Shown: in pieces, positions 24,526-34,302 of the stretch | How the letters are laid out: every line of letters begins with the position of its first letter | How positions within the stretch are numbered: position 1 is the stretch's first letter | Virus record (IMG/VR): IMGVR_UViG_3300009370_000002 | Direction: 5' to 3' (one strand) | Origin: a virus | DNA: 64,000 nt | Program-made: the position numbers and the translations under genes | Notes under the pieces: generated by a model | The model's database searches: none | What the model was told of the DNA's origin: nothing | The model's input: only the letters and a program-made list of their open reading frames with translations

Positions 24526-25089
24526 TTATTTCTTTTTACGGCCAAGAGCTTCATCAAATTGTTTTTGTGCTGCTTTTGCTTTAAGCAGTCGTTTTGCAAC
24601 TCGTTTTGCAACTTCCTGTACAAGTTCATCTTCGTTAAGTTCAAGATTAATTCCGTCGAGGGCTTCCATCACCTCCTGGTCCTCTTCTTCGGGGGCTGCT
24701 TCTACAGGTTCCAACTCTGCTTCTCCTTCCGGAGCTACTTCGTCAGCAACTTCTTCTCCACCTTCAGCGGGAAGTTGAGCTTCTAGCGGAGCTAATAATT
24801 TTTCAACGGCATCTCTTGCATCTTTGATATCTTCAGGCGATAACTCAACCTCAGCATCCATAGCTGGTTCTTCCGAGGGCTCTTCGAGAGGCGCTTCAGC
24901 ATCCATAGCTGGCTCCTCAGGGGCTGCGTCCATGGGTTCTTCAACAGGCGCTTCTTCATCCGCAAGTGGCTCTTCTTCATACATTGTTGTCATCTCACTT
25001 ATGACGTTTGAGACTACATCGGCTCCAATGCCAGCAAGTCCCATAAAGCGTCTAACCACTGCTTCGCTTAAAAGTTTTTTCTTAGCCAT
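24526..25089 (-). CDS. acidic low-complexity protein, scaffold/internal-head-like
   Basis: E/A/P-rich centre, basic ends; CTATTTA motif upstream. Confidence 0.7.
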   Translation of the reverse strand: MAKKKLLSEAVVRRFMGLAGIGADVVSNVISEMTTMYEEEPLADEEAPVEEPMDAAPEEPAMDAEAPLEEPSEEPAMDAEVELSPEDIKDARDAVEKLLAPLEAQLPAEGGEEVADEVAPEGEAELEPVEAAPEEEDQEVMEALDGINLELNEDELVQEVAKRVAKRLLKAKAAQKQFDEALGRKKK

Positions 25090-25151
25090 TTAAAAATCTC
25101 CTTAAAATGTTTTCATAATAAATAGATAGCAAAAGAAGAAAACACTCAAAA

Positions 25152-25481
25152 TTATATTTCAGGGTTTGATTTTGCTATAATATCAAAAATATTCTCTAAT
25201 TCATCATCCTTTATTCCAAATTTGCCCAAAATATCCTCAGCTTCTTCTATATCTTTCTGGGTATATTTCATATTTCTTTGACTCATTTTGTTGTGTTTTT
25301 CCTTATATCGCTTAATAAAATCAAGAATGTGCTTATCGTTTTCCAAATATCCAGTTATAAACGAACGAAAGAATTCAGCTTGCGAGATACCATCATATTG
25401 AAGTCTTACTTTCAATTGTGCGTGTCTGACATCAGTGTCGCTGAATATTACCTTCTTTTTGTTATCTGTCTTGTCTTTCAT
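25152..25481 (-). CDS. putative ribbon-helix-helix DNA-binding protein
   Basis: KKVIFSD...LKVRLQYDGISQAEFFRSFI pattern. Confidence 0.5.
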   Translation of the reverse strand: MKDKTDNKKKVIFSDTDVRHAQLKVRLQYDGISQAEFFRSFITGYLENDKHILDFIKRYKEKHNKMSQRNMKYTQKDIEEAEDILGKFGIKDDELENIFDIIAKSNPEI

Positions 25482-25746
25482 CGGGCTTGATTCCAAGTTC
25501 AGCTAAAAGCTTTTGCGCTTTCGTCCAGCAAGTTGGACAGTATACCCTAACGATTCGCTCTTTCTCTCTAACAACCACACTCCAAGTCTGAACCATGCTT
25601 TTGTTTGACTTGTCGAAGCCTTTTTGACAAATCATACACTCATCTGGTATCAAGTCGAACAAGCCAAGTTTTTTGTCTAAATCTGACGTTTTTGCTTTAG
25701 AATTTTTAATGATTCTGTCTCTTTGTCTGCGTTGTTTTCTGTTCAT
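25462..25746 (-). CDS. small zinc-finger protein
   Basis: CMIC...CPTC. Confidence 0.7.
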   Translation of the reverse strand: MNRKQRRQRDRIIKNSKAKTSDLDKKLGLFDLIPDECMICQKGFDKSNKSMVQTWSVVVREKERIVRVYCPTCWTKAQKLLAELGIKPDERQDR

Positions 25747-26165
25747 GAACCAGTACTCCCAAACCCACCAGAGCCTCTGTCTGTAATAGATAGTTCGTCA
25801 GCTTCAATAAGTTCCACTTTAGGATAAGGAATTATCATCAACTGTCCTACTCTATCACCGACTTTATATGACTCGCTTATTGACGGAATCCTTCTATACT
25901 TCAGCATGATTTCGCCACGATAGCCACTATCAACAACGCCGACAGAATTGGCCAAAGCCAACGAAGTTTTCGAAACAGAACTTCTTGGGAATAATAAGCC
26001 AACAAATCCCATAGGAATCTCAAGACAAAGCCCAGTGTAGTAAACCAAGTTCCCATAATCATCAATCTCCTTATGTGCTGCGTATAAATCCATTGCTGCA
26101 TCTCCATCCTTTGCATAGGATGGCATTATCGCACTCTCTCTTGTTAACTTTGCTTTAACAATCAT
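25743..26165 (-). CDS. dut: trimeric dUTPase
   Basis: AAMDL, PRSS, GVVDSGYRGEI, GQL, RGSGGFGSTG. Confidence 0.96.
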   Translation of the reverse strand: MIVKAKLTRESAIMPSYAKDGDAAMDLYAAHKEIDDYGNLVYYTGLCLEIPMGFVGLLFPRSSVSKTSLALANSVGVVDSGYRGEIMLKYRRIPSISESYKVGDRVGQLMIIPYPKVELIEADELSITDRGSGGFGSTGS

Positions 26166-26166
26166 G

Positions 26167-27294
26167 TTAGTTATCCTCCTTTTTATGATCACCATTCATC
26201 TCCACTCGTTCTTTATACTTGCGAAGCTCCACAAGCTCGTCTTGCCATGTCACCATCATTTCCACTTTCTCTTTGTTCTTCAAGTCACTTATCTGCTTAT
26301 GGGATAACTTGCCATCAGATGTGATGGTGTCTCGACTTGTTATCGTCATGGTTTCATAACGGTTCTTGTAGCCCTCAGAATGCAGCTTTTTTGCGATTTC
26401 CATGCGTTCCCTAGCTATCCCACAGTACTTCTCCGAAATGTCGATTCCGAGCCATTGTCGCCCGTTTAAATGCGCCATTTTGGTTGTGGTTCCAGAGCCA
26501 ATGAATGGGTCGAGAACAACATCACCCTCTTCAGTCCAAGACAAGATGTGATCCTCAGCTAAAGACTCTGGGAAGATGGCAGGATGCTCGAATGCAATCC
26601 TGTCTTTAGTGGAGAACGACTTACCTGTGTTGTACTTCCAAATATTATTGCGAGGTGAAAACTCAGGTACAGGCTTCTGCTTGCGCTCAACAAGCTTACC
26701 ATCCTTACCACGCATCGAGCCAGTCTTGCCAAAGGTAGTCCAGCCACTCCACTTGTTCTTCTTGTCACAGATTAACTTAGCCTTCCCAGGCTTGCCTTTA
26801 GTGAAGACGAACATGTACTCAAAGATTTGAGAGTAGCGGTTGCCTGTTCTCCGAGCAGGGAATGAGCTTCCGTTCTTCTCATATATCATTGTGTCGTGAA
26901 GCTTGAACCCTATCTTCTGGAAGTAGAGGGCTTGCCGGAATGAGCTTCCAGTCTCTGATCCATTGACAACAGCATCACCCACAACCCACACAACAGTTCC
27001 CCCGTCCTTTGTTACCCGATAGAGTTCATCTGCTATCTGCTCAAAGGGAAACGAGTATCCGTTGTTGGCTTTGAGTTTCTCGTCTATCTTCTCTCTTTTG
27101 AATTTGGAGAGTGCTCTTTTGAAAGCCCTCTCGTCTTCAAAGTCATCCGCTGTCCTGTCGAACGCTGCCACAAAGCCATCCGAATAGTATCGGATGTCAT
27201 CATAGGGTGGTGACGTTACGGTTAAGTCGATGCACTTGTCATCATATCGTTTAAGAACGGTGGCTGCTCCACCATGGATTATCTTATTGAACAT
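26167..27294 (-). CDS. beta-class amino (N4-C/N6-A) DNA methyltransferase
   Basis: TSPPY (motif IV) precedes DPFIGSGTT (motif I); HPAIFP. Confidence 0.93.
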   Translation of the reverse strand: MFNKIIHGGAATVLKRYDDKCIDLTVTSPPYDDIRYYSDGFVAAFDRTADDFEDERAFKRALSKFKREKIDEKLKANNGYSFPFEQIADELYRVTKDGGTVVWVVGDAVVNGSETGSSFRQALYFQKIGFKLHDTMIYEKNGSSFPARRTGNRYSQIFEYMFVFTKGKPGKAKLICDKKNKWSGWTTFGKTGSMRGKDGKLVERKQKPVPEFSPRNNIWKYNTGKSFSTKDRIAFEHPAIFPESLAEDHILSWTEEGDVVLDPFIGSGTTTKMAHLNGRQWLGIDISEKYCGIARERMEIAKKLHSEGYKNRYETMTITSRDTITSDGKLSHKQISDLKNKEKVEMMVTWQDELVELRKYKERVEMNGDHKKEDN

Positions 27295-27295
27295 A

Positions 27296-28012
27296 TTACA
27301 CCTCCAAGATGCTTTGTTTGTTTCTGTGTTCATTTAGGGAGCTTCTTATCAATGACATCCACACTGAGTTTTTGTGTGTGTCTCCATACACCACGGTATA
27401 TCTGTTACCTATGTCTCTGGGTATTCTGGCAGTTGAAAAGCTATTGTTGTTTGATGCTTTTCCGTTCCAGGCAACATCACCCTCCATAATGGCGAAGTGA
27501 ACATCGGGTATAATCCCGTGGACAGCCGATGTATTCTCGCTTAAAGGAGGAAGAACGTAATCCCTATCTAAGCTATAATTGATAAAGACGTAATTGTTAA
27601 CTTTCCCACATTCATTTGCATGAGTTGCACCAGTAAAGCTGTTCTTCGAACGTGAAGTTTTCACTTCAAAGAATACCTCTTCGATATCCTTGCCATTCTT
27701 TACTCTGACTCCGAAGTCAGACTTTGCCTTTCCGGGAATAGTCTTCTTTACGAGGATTTCATATCTCCACTTTCGAAGGACATATTGTATTGCATTTTCA
27801 AACTCATACGCAAACCTTATTGTCAACCACACTGATTGTTGTCCTTTGTCTGATTCAACATATTCGAGATAATCTTGAACTGTTTTGATGTCAGTGTGAA
27901 GTCTCCTTAAAGACTTGAGATTATCTCCTGATATCTCCTCAACCTTCTTAAGGACTTGCAATGCAAATGTTTCGCTCTTAAGAGCAACCATCAATTGTTT
28001 CTTAGTCTTCAT
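27296..28012 (-). CDS. putative PD-(D/E)xK restriction-type endonuclease
   Basis: SDF...FEVKT motif; 1 bp from the methylase; own promoter at 28043-28070. Confidence 0.6.
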   Translation of the reverse strand: MKTKKQLMVALKSETFALQVLKKVEEISGDNLKSLRRLHTDIKTVQDYLEYVESDKGQQSVWLTIRFAYEFENAIQYVLRKWRYEILVKKTIPGKAKSDFGVRVKNGKDIEEVFFEVKTSRSKNSFTGATHANECGKVNNYVFINYSLDRDYVLPPLSENTSAVHGIIPDVHFAIMEGDVAWNGKASNNNSFSTARIPRDIGNRYTVVYGDTHKNSVWMSLIRSSLNEHRNKQSILEV

Positions 28013-28074
28013 GTTACCTCCAAGACTTGCGTTATGTTATTCAATTTAACACGTTTGGGAAGTTTGTCAAATTA

Positions 28075-31000
28075 TTAGCCCAACAAAAACCAAGAATTGT
28101 TGAGCATACCGTAGGTACTGAATCCCCAATCGGCACTGTACTTCGGCTTTATCATGTAAGGGCGGTTTATGTGGAGCTTGTCCTTTTCAGGGTTGACGCT
28201 CCAACACCTAATCTTGGTAACAACACTGTTGGAATCGATTACCTCAACCACATAAAAGTTGCGTCCGTTTCTGGACTTCTTAAGCGTCACGCTGCGAGGG
28301 ATACACCAAGCATAACCCAGATCATAATCGTATTCTGAGATTGGTGGCGCAACCCATTCGTCAATACGAGCAACAACATCTGGCGTTACCACCTTGGACA
28401 CCGGAAAGATGCCCGTTAAATCGGTTGTAAAGGTTATTTTTTCTTCTTCTGTGAAGGAGCCTTCGGGTGCATATGATTCAATGTTCTCTTCAAGGTTTTT
28501 GAGCTTCCTTGGGCGATCCACACATACTGCCGACCAAAAATGCTTGTCTCCTGTGAAGCGTTCATCAACCAAATCTCGTAAGGCTCCTGCTCTGCAAAGA
28601 ACATCGAATGCTCTTTTGTTGAGCTTGGAGTATACAATACCCTCATTGAAGATAAACTCTTCCACTGTCTTGAACGGGCGGTTGGCAAGGATCTGTTCGA
28701 TGGCTTTCTCACCTAATCCTTTTATGGTTGTTAGAGGAGCAACAAGGGTGTTTTTATCGAGTATCTCCCAGTACATGCCAGAGGTATTCACATCAACGTC
28801 CTTGATGGCAAAACCATGCTGTTTTGCGAGGTTTATCGCCTTTTCTTTTCTCGTTTCCGGTTCACGTTCGAGGAAGGCAGCGGTCCATTCTGCTTTGAAA
28901 TAATTGCAAAGCCAAGCGCACTGATAGCTAATAATAGAATAAGAAACGGCATGAGACTTATTAAAGCCATAGCCTGAAAAGTACTCAAAAGTTGCCCAGA
29001 GAGCGTTTGCTTGCTTTTCCGAAATCCGTTTAGTTCTACACCCTCGGATGAATTTGTCGCGTATCCGTTCTTTAACTTCATTACCTTTGCCGGTTCCTTT
29101 CTTCGTAAGTAGTTTACGAAGAAGGTTACCCTCATCTAAAGTCAGGTTTTCACCGAGCTTATGAGCTAGCATTGCTATCTGTTCTTGGAAGATTAAGTAA
29201 CCATATGTCTCTTTTGTAACCTCCTTGACAATCTTGTGAAGATATTTCACGGAGCCTGGATCCTCTTTGGATTCTACATATGACTTATCAACACCAGCCG
29301 ATAAAGGGCCGGGACGGTATATGCTAGTAATAGCAGATATATCGATAATGGATCTTGGTTTTGCTCTGGTAGCAAACTTCTGCGCTCCCTGTTCTGCGAA
29401 CTGGAAGATTCCAATCCACTTTCCTTTGTGGAATATATTTTCATAGACATTCTGGTCTCCTAGGTCTAACACATCGGGGTGTAGGTGGGTATCGTAGTAG
29501 TCCTTTATCTGTGCGAAGGTGGGCTCTGCAACGTCATGGTGACGCTGCAAGATAAGCTTGATGCAACCCTCAATCATTCGGAGTGTTGAGAGCCCAAGCA
29601 AGTCAAACTTAATGAAGCCCATAGGCTCAAGATGTCGAACGTTCTGTCCTTCGCTCCATGGAGTCTGTCTGACTCCCTTGGAAGATATGAGGGGCATGAA
29701 CTTGTCCAAGTCCTCTCCTATCACCACGCCACCTGCGTGACGGGAAACCTGTCGTACTTGTCCAACTAATCCTAAGACATGATCTTTAATCTTGGGGTAT
29801 TTGGAAAAAAATTTTTGGAGCGATTCGCTGAACTCGATAACTTCATCGAATGTCGGCATATACACTCCTGCCTTAATGCCATGCTTGGCTTTAGCTAATG
29901 GTGTAGCTTCAAACAGCATTTTGTTTGTTACTGCGTTTGTCTCTATGAACGGAACGTCATAGAACTTACTGATGTCTTTAATGAGCGATTTAAGCTGGAG
30001 GGTGCTGAAGTTTGATATTGGCACCACCACGTTGTTGCCCCATTCCTCGATAAGCTTCTCTTTCAATGCCATAGGCTCAGATACATCATAATCAATATCA
30101 GGATAATCAGTCGCATCCGCCCGTAGAAATCGGGAGAAAAGCAAGTCGTAACGAATTGGATCCACTTGAGTAATGCCAAGAGCATAAGCAACAAGAGAAC
30201 CAGCAGCAGAGCCTCGCCCAGGCCCAGAGATTTGAGTTTCATTTGTTTTATCCGCTATTGCTTTCATTGTTAAGAAATATTTTGAGAACCCCCTGTCTGC
30301 TATGACTTTGAGTTCCATGTCGAGTCGTTGTTTGTATTTGTCACCGGAACTCAAGCTATTGTTGAGCTTGAGCATACGAAATAAACCCTCGCTGGATATA
30401 CGTGCTAAATAATCGTCGGCAGTATAACCAGCAGGAACCACAAAATTAGGTAAACGAACGGTATCATCAGGATAGAATCTTTCAATACGCCCAAAAGCAA
30501 TAGCATGAGATTCTTCGATAGATTTAAGCACAAGTTCATCATCATATTCTACTCCGCACTCTTTCGAGTAATGTTTATAAGACTCCCACATCTGATCGCC
30601 ATTCTTGGGATACAATTCGTATTCAAGTTCTTGAATAGATTGTGGAAGATTCATGTCAAGCCACTCAGGTTTTCCCCTACCAAGCCAGCCTAACCTTTTA
30701 TATAGTTCTCTGTCTTCCCAAGCGACAGGTGTTGGGTAATGAGAATCACATGTCGATACAAGCTTTATGCCTGTTTCTTTTGCAATGTCAATAATGTATT
30801 GGTTGAGTTCATGCTGTTCTGGTACTTGGTTCCATTGGAGTTCCCCGTACCATCTGTCGCCAAGAATGCTGACCATTCGGCTTGTTGTTTCCCGCATAGC
30901 CTGTAGTACAGCTTCTTTGCCTTCTTCACGATGATTCCAGTAGCAACCAGCATATACACCGCCAAGACAAGCGGAAAGGCAAATAACGCCGCCGCTATAT

Positions 31001-31506
31001 TTGTTAAGTAATGCATAATCAATTCTAGGTTTCCTATAGAAGTAGTCTCCGGTGTAAGACTCAGAGACCATCTTGTAAATGTTATTGAGTCCTTCTTGGT
31101 TCATCGCAAGAAGAACGATGTGTCGAGAACGATTGAGAGCCGTTCCTTTGCTCTTGCTAGCGCCTTCAGCTTCGATGTTAGTGCCAGACTGTGTATTCGA
31201 AAGAGCACGGGCTTTCTTTTTGTCAGCCTTGTGCTCTTCGTAAGTCTTGCGCCACTCAACAACATCTGGGATGAAGTAAGCCTCCACACCATAAATAGGT
31301 TTGAAATCCTTACCTTGCTTTTCCATCTTCTTGCCATGGAGAACTTGATAAGCTGTTCCATTCATGCAACCATGATCGGTTAAGGCGAGTGCCTTGCATC
31401 CATTCTCGTATGCAAAGTCCATATGATCTTGTGGATAGCCGAAGCCATCGAATGGAGAACCAACTCCTGAATGAGCATGGAGCCCAACAAATTTAATGCT
31501 ACTCAT
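28075..31506 (-). CDS. dnaE: DNA polymerase III alpha subunit (family C)
   Basis: PHP motifs HAH, TDHG; GRGSAAGSLV; PDIDYD; KFDLLGL; GFNKSHA; OB tail. Confidence 0.97.
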   Translation of the reverse strand: MSSIKFVGLHAHSGVGSPFDGFGYPQDHMDFAYENGCKALALTDHGCMNGTAYQVLHGKKMEKQGKDFKPIYGVEAYFIPDVVEWRKTYEEHKADKKKARALSNTQSGTNIEAEGASKSKGTALNRSRHIVLLAMNQEGLNNIYKMVSESYTGDYFYRKPRIDYALLNKYSGGVICLSACLGGVYAGCYWNHREEGKEAVLQAMRETTSRMVSILGDRWYGELQWNQVPEQHELNQYIIDIAKETGIKLVSTCDSHYPTPVAWEDRELYKRLGWLGRGKPEWLDMNLPQSIQELEYELYPKNGDQMWESYKHYSKECGVEYDDELVLKSIEESHAIAFGRIERFYPDDTVRLPNFVVPAGYTADDYLARISSEGLFRMLKLNNSLSSGDKYKQRLDMELKVIADRGFSKYFLTMKAIADKTNETQISGPGRGSAAGSLVAYALGITQVDPIRYDLLFSRFLRADATDYPDIDYDVSEPMALKEKLIEEWGNNVVVPISNFSTLQLKSLIKDISKFYDVPFIETNAVTNKMLFEATPLAKAKHGIKAGVYMPTFDEVIEFSESLQKFFSKYPKIKDHVLGLVGQVRQVSRHAGGVVIGEDLDKFMPLISSKGVRQTPWSEGQNVRHLEPMGFIKFDLLGLSTLRMIEGCIKLILQRHHDVAEPTFAQIKDYYDTHLHPDVLDLGDQNVYENIFHKGKWIGIFQFAEQGAQKFATRAKPRSIIDISAITSIYRPGPLSAGVDKSYVESKEDPGSVKYLHKIVKEVTKETYGYLIFQEQIAMLAHKLGENLTLDEGNLLRKLLTKKGTGKGNEVKERIRDKFIRGCRTKRISEKQANALWATFEYFSGYGFNKSHAVSYSIISYQCAWLCNYFKAEWTAAFLEREPETRKEKAINLAKQHGFAIKDVDVNTSGMYWEILDKNTLVAPLTTIKGLGEKAIEQILANRPFKTVEEFIFNEGIVYSKLNKRAFDVLCRAGALRDLVDERFTGDKHFWSAVCVDRPRKLKNLEENIESYAPEGSFTEEEKITFTTDLTGIFPVSKVVTPDVVARIDEWVAPPISEYDYDLGYAWCIPRSVTLKKSRNGRNFYVVEVIDSNSVVTKIRCWSVNPEKDKLHINRPYMIKPKYSADWGFSTYGMLNNSWFLLG

Positions 31507-31542
31507 ATACGAACCTCCGAAGTTCTTTGTGATGATATATAT

Positions 31543-31571
31543 TATATAACCTATTCAATCTTGTTTGTCAA
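31543..31571 (-). promoter_or_regulatory. consensus sigma70 promoter TTGACA-N17-TATAAT upstream of dnaE
   Basis: tgtcaa at 31566-71; perfect consensus. Confidence 0.85.
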
Positions 31572-32235
31572 ATTTTTTAAGCCTTAGCTGTCCATCTTTT
31601 ATTATAACATAGGTACTATGCTCTACCCAGTCGCCACAATTGACATATGTTTTAAGATTCTCACTATCATCTAACCATATCACAACCTCAGGAACATGAG
31701 TATGGCCCATTATGAACACATCTGCTTCCTCATTCCACTTGAGTATATCCCATATCCTTTTAAGCTTCCTCTTCCTAAACTTCCAGTTGACATACCACGT
31801 TGCAAGGTTCCATCCAAATGCTCGTTCTGCCCAATCCTGAAGGACGGACAGAATCTTCATGAAAACTCTCCAAGTCACAACCCCTGTTTCAAACTGGTGT
31901 CCATGAACAATTTTGTACTTCCTGTTTGCATATTCAAATTCATACTTATGAACAAACTTGACACCCGCTATTGTCTTGCCGGCAAACTTACTTAGGCCAA
32001 TATCGTGGTTACCAATAACATATATAACCTTCTTTCCAAGTTTGTTTATTTTGTCGAAAATTGCCGCTGTTGTTTCTGTAAATGTTGGAACTCTTATGAA
32101 GTCTATTATGTCTCCTGCTAATATAAGCTCATCGAATTCAATACTGGAAATAAACTCTAAGAGGCTGGTTTCTTTGGAATTCAAACTTCCAAGATGCAAA
32201 TCAGATATAACCAATCTCACGTAATCACTATTCAT
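31555..32235 (-). CDS. calcineurin-like metallophosphoesterase (LpxH-like)
   Basis: SDLH, GDIID, GNHD, HGH, GHTH motifs. Confidence 0.9.
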   Translation of the reverse strand: MNSDYVRLVISDLHLGSLNSKETSLLEFISSIEFDELILAGDIIDFIRVPTFTETTAAIFDKINKLGKKVIYVIGNHDIGLSKFAGKTIAGVKFVHKYEFEYANRKYKIVHGHQFETGVVTWRVFMKILSVLQDWAERAFGWNLATWYVNWKFRKRKLKRIWDILKWNEEADVFIMGHTHVPEVVIWLDDSENLKTYVNCGDWVEHSTYVIIKDGQLRLKKFDKQD

Positions 32236-32504
32236 ACAAAATCCATAGTCTCTACGTCAAAATTATCAAGCAGTAAATCCGGAACCACCTCAACTGTCCC
32301 GTCATATACCCAATATACCTTTACGTCATATATTACCATTTCTTTGTTTTTGTGCTCAAAGGCGATGTCCTTTATCTCTATAATTTCAAGCACTATGCCC
32401 ACCTGATTTTCTATTGAAATCCATGCTCCATCTCCGTCATACCACGATCTATACTTTACCAATTGCCCTATTTCAAATTCACAAACACATTGCACATGAG
32501 GCAC
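32232..32504 (-). CDS. SH3/KOW-like protein
   Basis: FEIGQLVKY...VGIVLEI...VYW. Confidence 0.6.
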   Translation of the reverse strand: MPHVQCVCEFEIGQLVKYRSWYDGDGAWISIENQVGIVLEIIEIKDIAFEHKNKEMVIYDVKVYWVYDGTVEVVPDLLLDNFDVETMDFV

Positions 32505-32556
32505 CCCCCAATTTAAATAGGCGACATTCTCGCATATTTTTCAATGCCCACAACTA

Positions 32557-32700
32557 TCATTTATGATGATGGCATACCTTTGGTGGGTGTTTGCTCTCCA
32601 AAAGCCCAACCCTATATTCCAAATAATACATACAAACCAATATCACTATATTCATTCCTATGCCGAGCAGAACTCCGCTCCTAACTAATTTGTTTTCCAT
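32557..32700 (-). CDS. small membrane protein (47 aa)
   Basis: Manually translated; hydrophobic GVLLGIGMNIVILVCM. Confidence 0.45.
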   Translation of the reverse strand: MENKLVRSGVLLGIGMNIVILVCMYYLEYRVGLLESKHPPKVCHHHK

Positions 32701-32704
32701 TTTT

Positions 32705-32887
32705 TCACCTTATTGCCACAAAGCAATTCATTAATTTTTTTGATAACTTTATCTCTTGAACATTATATTTGCCAGTGCTATTGTGTAGATAAAAATATTC
32801 GTCATCTTCCCTAGTGCAATAATATTTATGCCCAAGAGTAAACACAAAAAATTCTTCTACACAAACTAACACCTGCCCTCTGTACAT
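32705..32887 (-). CDS. small hypothetical protein
   Basis: ORF track. Confidence 0.45.
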   Translation of the reverse strand: MYRGQVLVCVEEFFVFTLGHKYYCTREDDEYFYLHNSTGKYNVQEIKLSKKLMNCFVAIR

Positions 32888-32908
32888 TAGAAACCCTACC
32901 TGTAATAA

Positions 32909-33118
32909 CTATGCGTAGAGAGCTATTTCGTCCTCAAAAACATACAATTCATTGCCATTTATTACAATTTTGTAATCAAAATTTGTGAAAAAATGTTCCT
33001 CGGCTACCAATTCGTTCTCCACTATTATACCAACATCGCCTTTCTCGATTCGAGTACCGTCAATCAACTCTACCCCCACCAGCGATATCACCAATGTCCC
33101 CACTTCCATCTTCATCAT
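32909..33118 (-). CDS. SH3/KOW-like mini-protein
   Basis: MEVGTLV...GDVGIIV...VFEDEI. Confidence 0.55.
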   Translation of the reverse strand: MMKMEVGTLVISLVGVELIDGTRIEKGDVGIIVENELVAEEHFFTNFDYKIVINGNELYVFEDEIALYA

Positions 33119-34094
33119 TGAATCCGCACACCTCTAATCCATTGTGTCTTGCAATTTTAATTAGAACGCCTTCATCGTAAATGTGTGTAGCTTCAAGAAG
33201 AAATTTCAGTTCTGTTCTCATATCTCCGGTTGAGTATGGCTTATAGACATCGTGAATATTATCTGACCCAAGAGCTACCACCAAATCGTGTTCAAGCATT
33301 TCATCAACAGGGGTTACGGCATTATGTGTCGGAGTCAACTCCTCAGTCCTACGAGCATCTATCCACGCAGTTGGGCATGCCACAAAAGACAGCCCGGCAT
33401 CTTTCGCCATCTTGTAAACCTCTTTGCGATACCACTTAGGGTGACAAGCAAGGCTTATAGAGTGGATTGCTGTAACTCTGCCCTCCATCCCAGCGCTTAT
33501 TGTTTTTCTTGCTAACATTTCGGTTTCTTTCTCGGTTGCTGTGTTTAGTTGATCAACATGAACATGAACTCTCTTACTGTAGGCACTTCCCATAAGTAAC
33601 ATATACTCCATATGTTTCTCTTCATACCCCTTATCTGCGCCTGGTAATGAGCCAATGATATCAAACAAATCCTGTTCCATACTATCTGCTAGCATAACCT
33701 GACATTCGTAAGGGACAACCCCCTTTAATGTTTGGCATGCAATTTTGAAATTTATCCCAACAGACTTAGCATATTGTTTAGCTCGATGTGCTGCGTTGAC
33801 TGCCTTGTATCCCACGACTGGATCAATATCAATAAACGACATACAGTGGGTTGTAAGCTTGCTTTTTTGCTGAAGGAGTGCATTTCGGATGTTTTTGTAA
33901 AAATCATCTTCGGTGGCGTTTGCTTTATAATCATCAACGTACTTCCATTTTTGATGAAGGTGGTTGTATACCACATCTCTCATATTCATTGAAGTTACAG
34001 TGTACGCCCTATCGAAATGAGCATGAGCATTAACAAAACCGCCTGCTTGCCATATAGCATTGTTTAGGTTCTCTAGCGGATTATAATGTGTCAT
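33060..34094 (-). CDS. cytosine-deaminase-like amidohydrolase
   Basis: HAH, HVD, AIH, GSDN metal ligands in CodA order. Confidence 0.85.
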   Translation of the reverse strand: MTHYNPLENLNNAIWQAGGFVNAHAHFDRAYTVTSMNMRDVVYNHLHQKWKYVDDYKANATEDDFYKNIRNALLQQKSKLTTHCMSFIDIDPVVGYKAVNAAHRAKQYAKSVGINFKIACQTLKGVVPYECQVMLADSMEQDLFDIIGSLPGADKGYEEKHMEYMLLMGSAYSKRVHVHVDQLNTATEKETEMLARKTISAGMEGRVTAIHSISLACHPKWYRKEVYKMAKDAGLSFVACPTAWIDARRTEELTPTHNAVTPVDEMLEHDLVVALGSDNIHDVYKPYSTGDMRTELKFLLEATHIYDEGVLIKIARHNGLEVCGFNDEDGSGDIGDIAGGGRVD

Positions 34095-34290
34095 CTTTTG
34101 CCCCTTTTGTAAAATTCGGACTTTTCCAATCTTTGACTATTTTTTCCCAAGCTTTCATCGGTATTTTAATCTTGACGGAACTTCTCTTTTCATCAGACAA
34201 TTCCCAAAGCTCAAAACAGCACTCTGAAATGTCACTCATTTCAAGATAAACAGCCTTCTTGTCACTGGAAACTTTTATTTTCTTGCTCAT
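34081..34290 (-). CDS. small hypothetical protein
   Basis: GAGGT RBS. Confidence 0.6.
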   Translation of the reverse strand: MSKKIKVSSDKKAVYLEMSDISECCFELWELSDEKRSSVKIKIPMKAWEKIVKDWKSPNFTKGAKDDTL

Positions 34291-34302
34291 CTCATCACCT
34301 CG

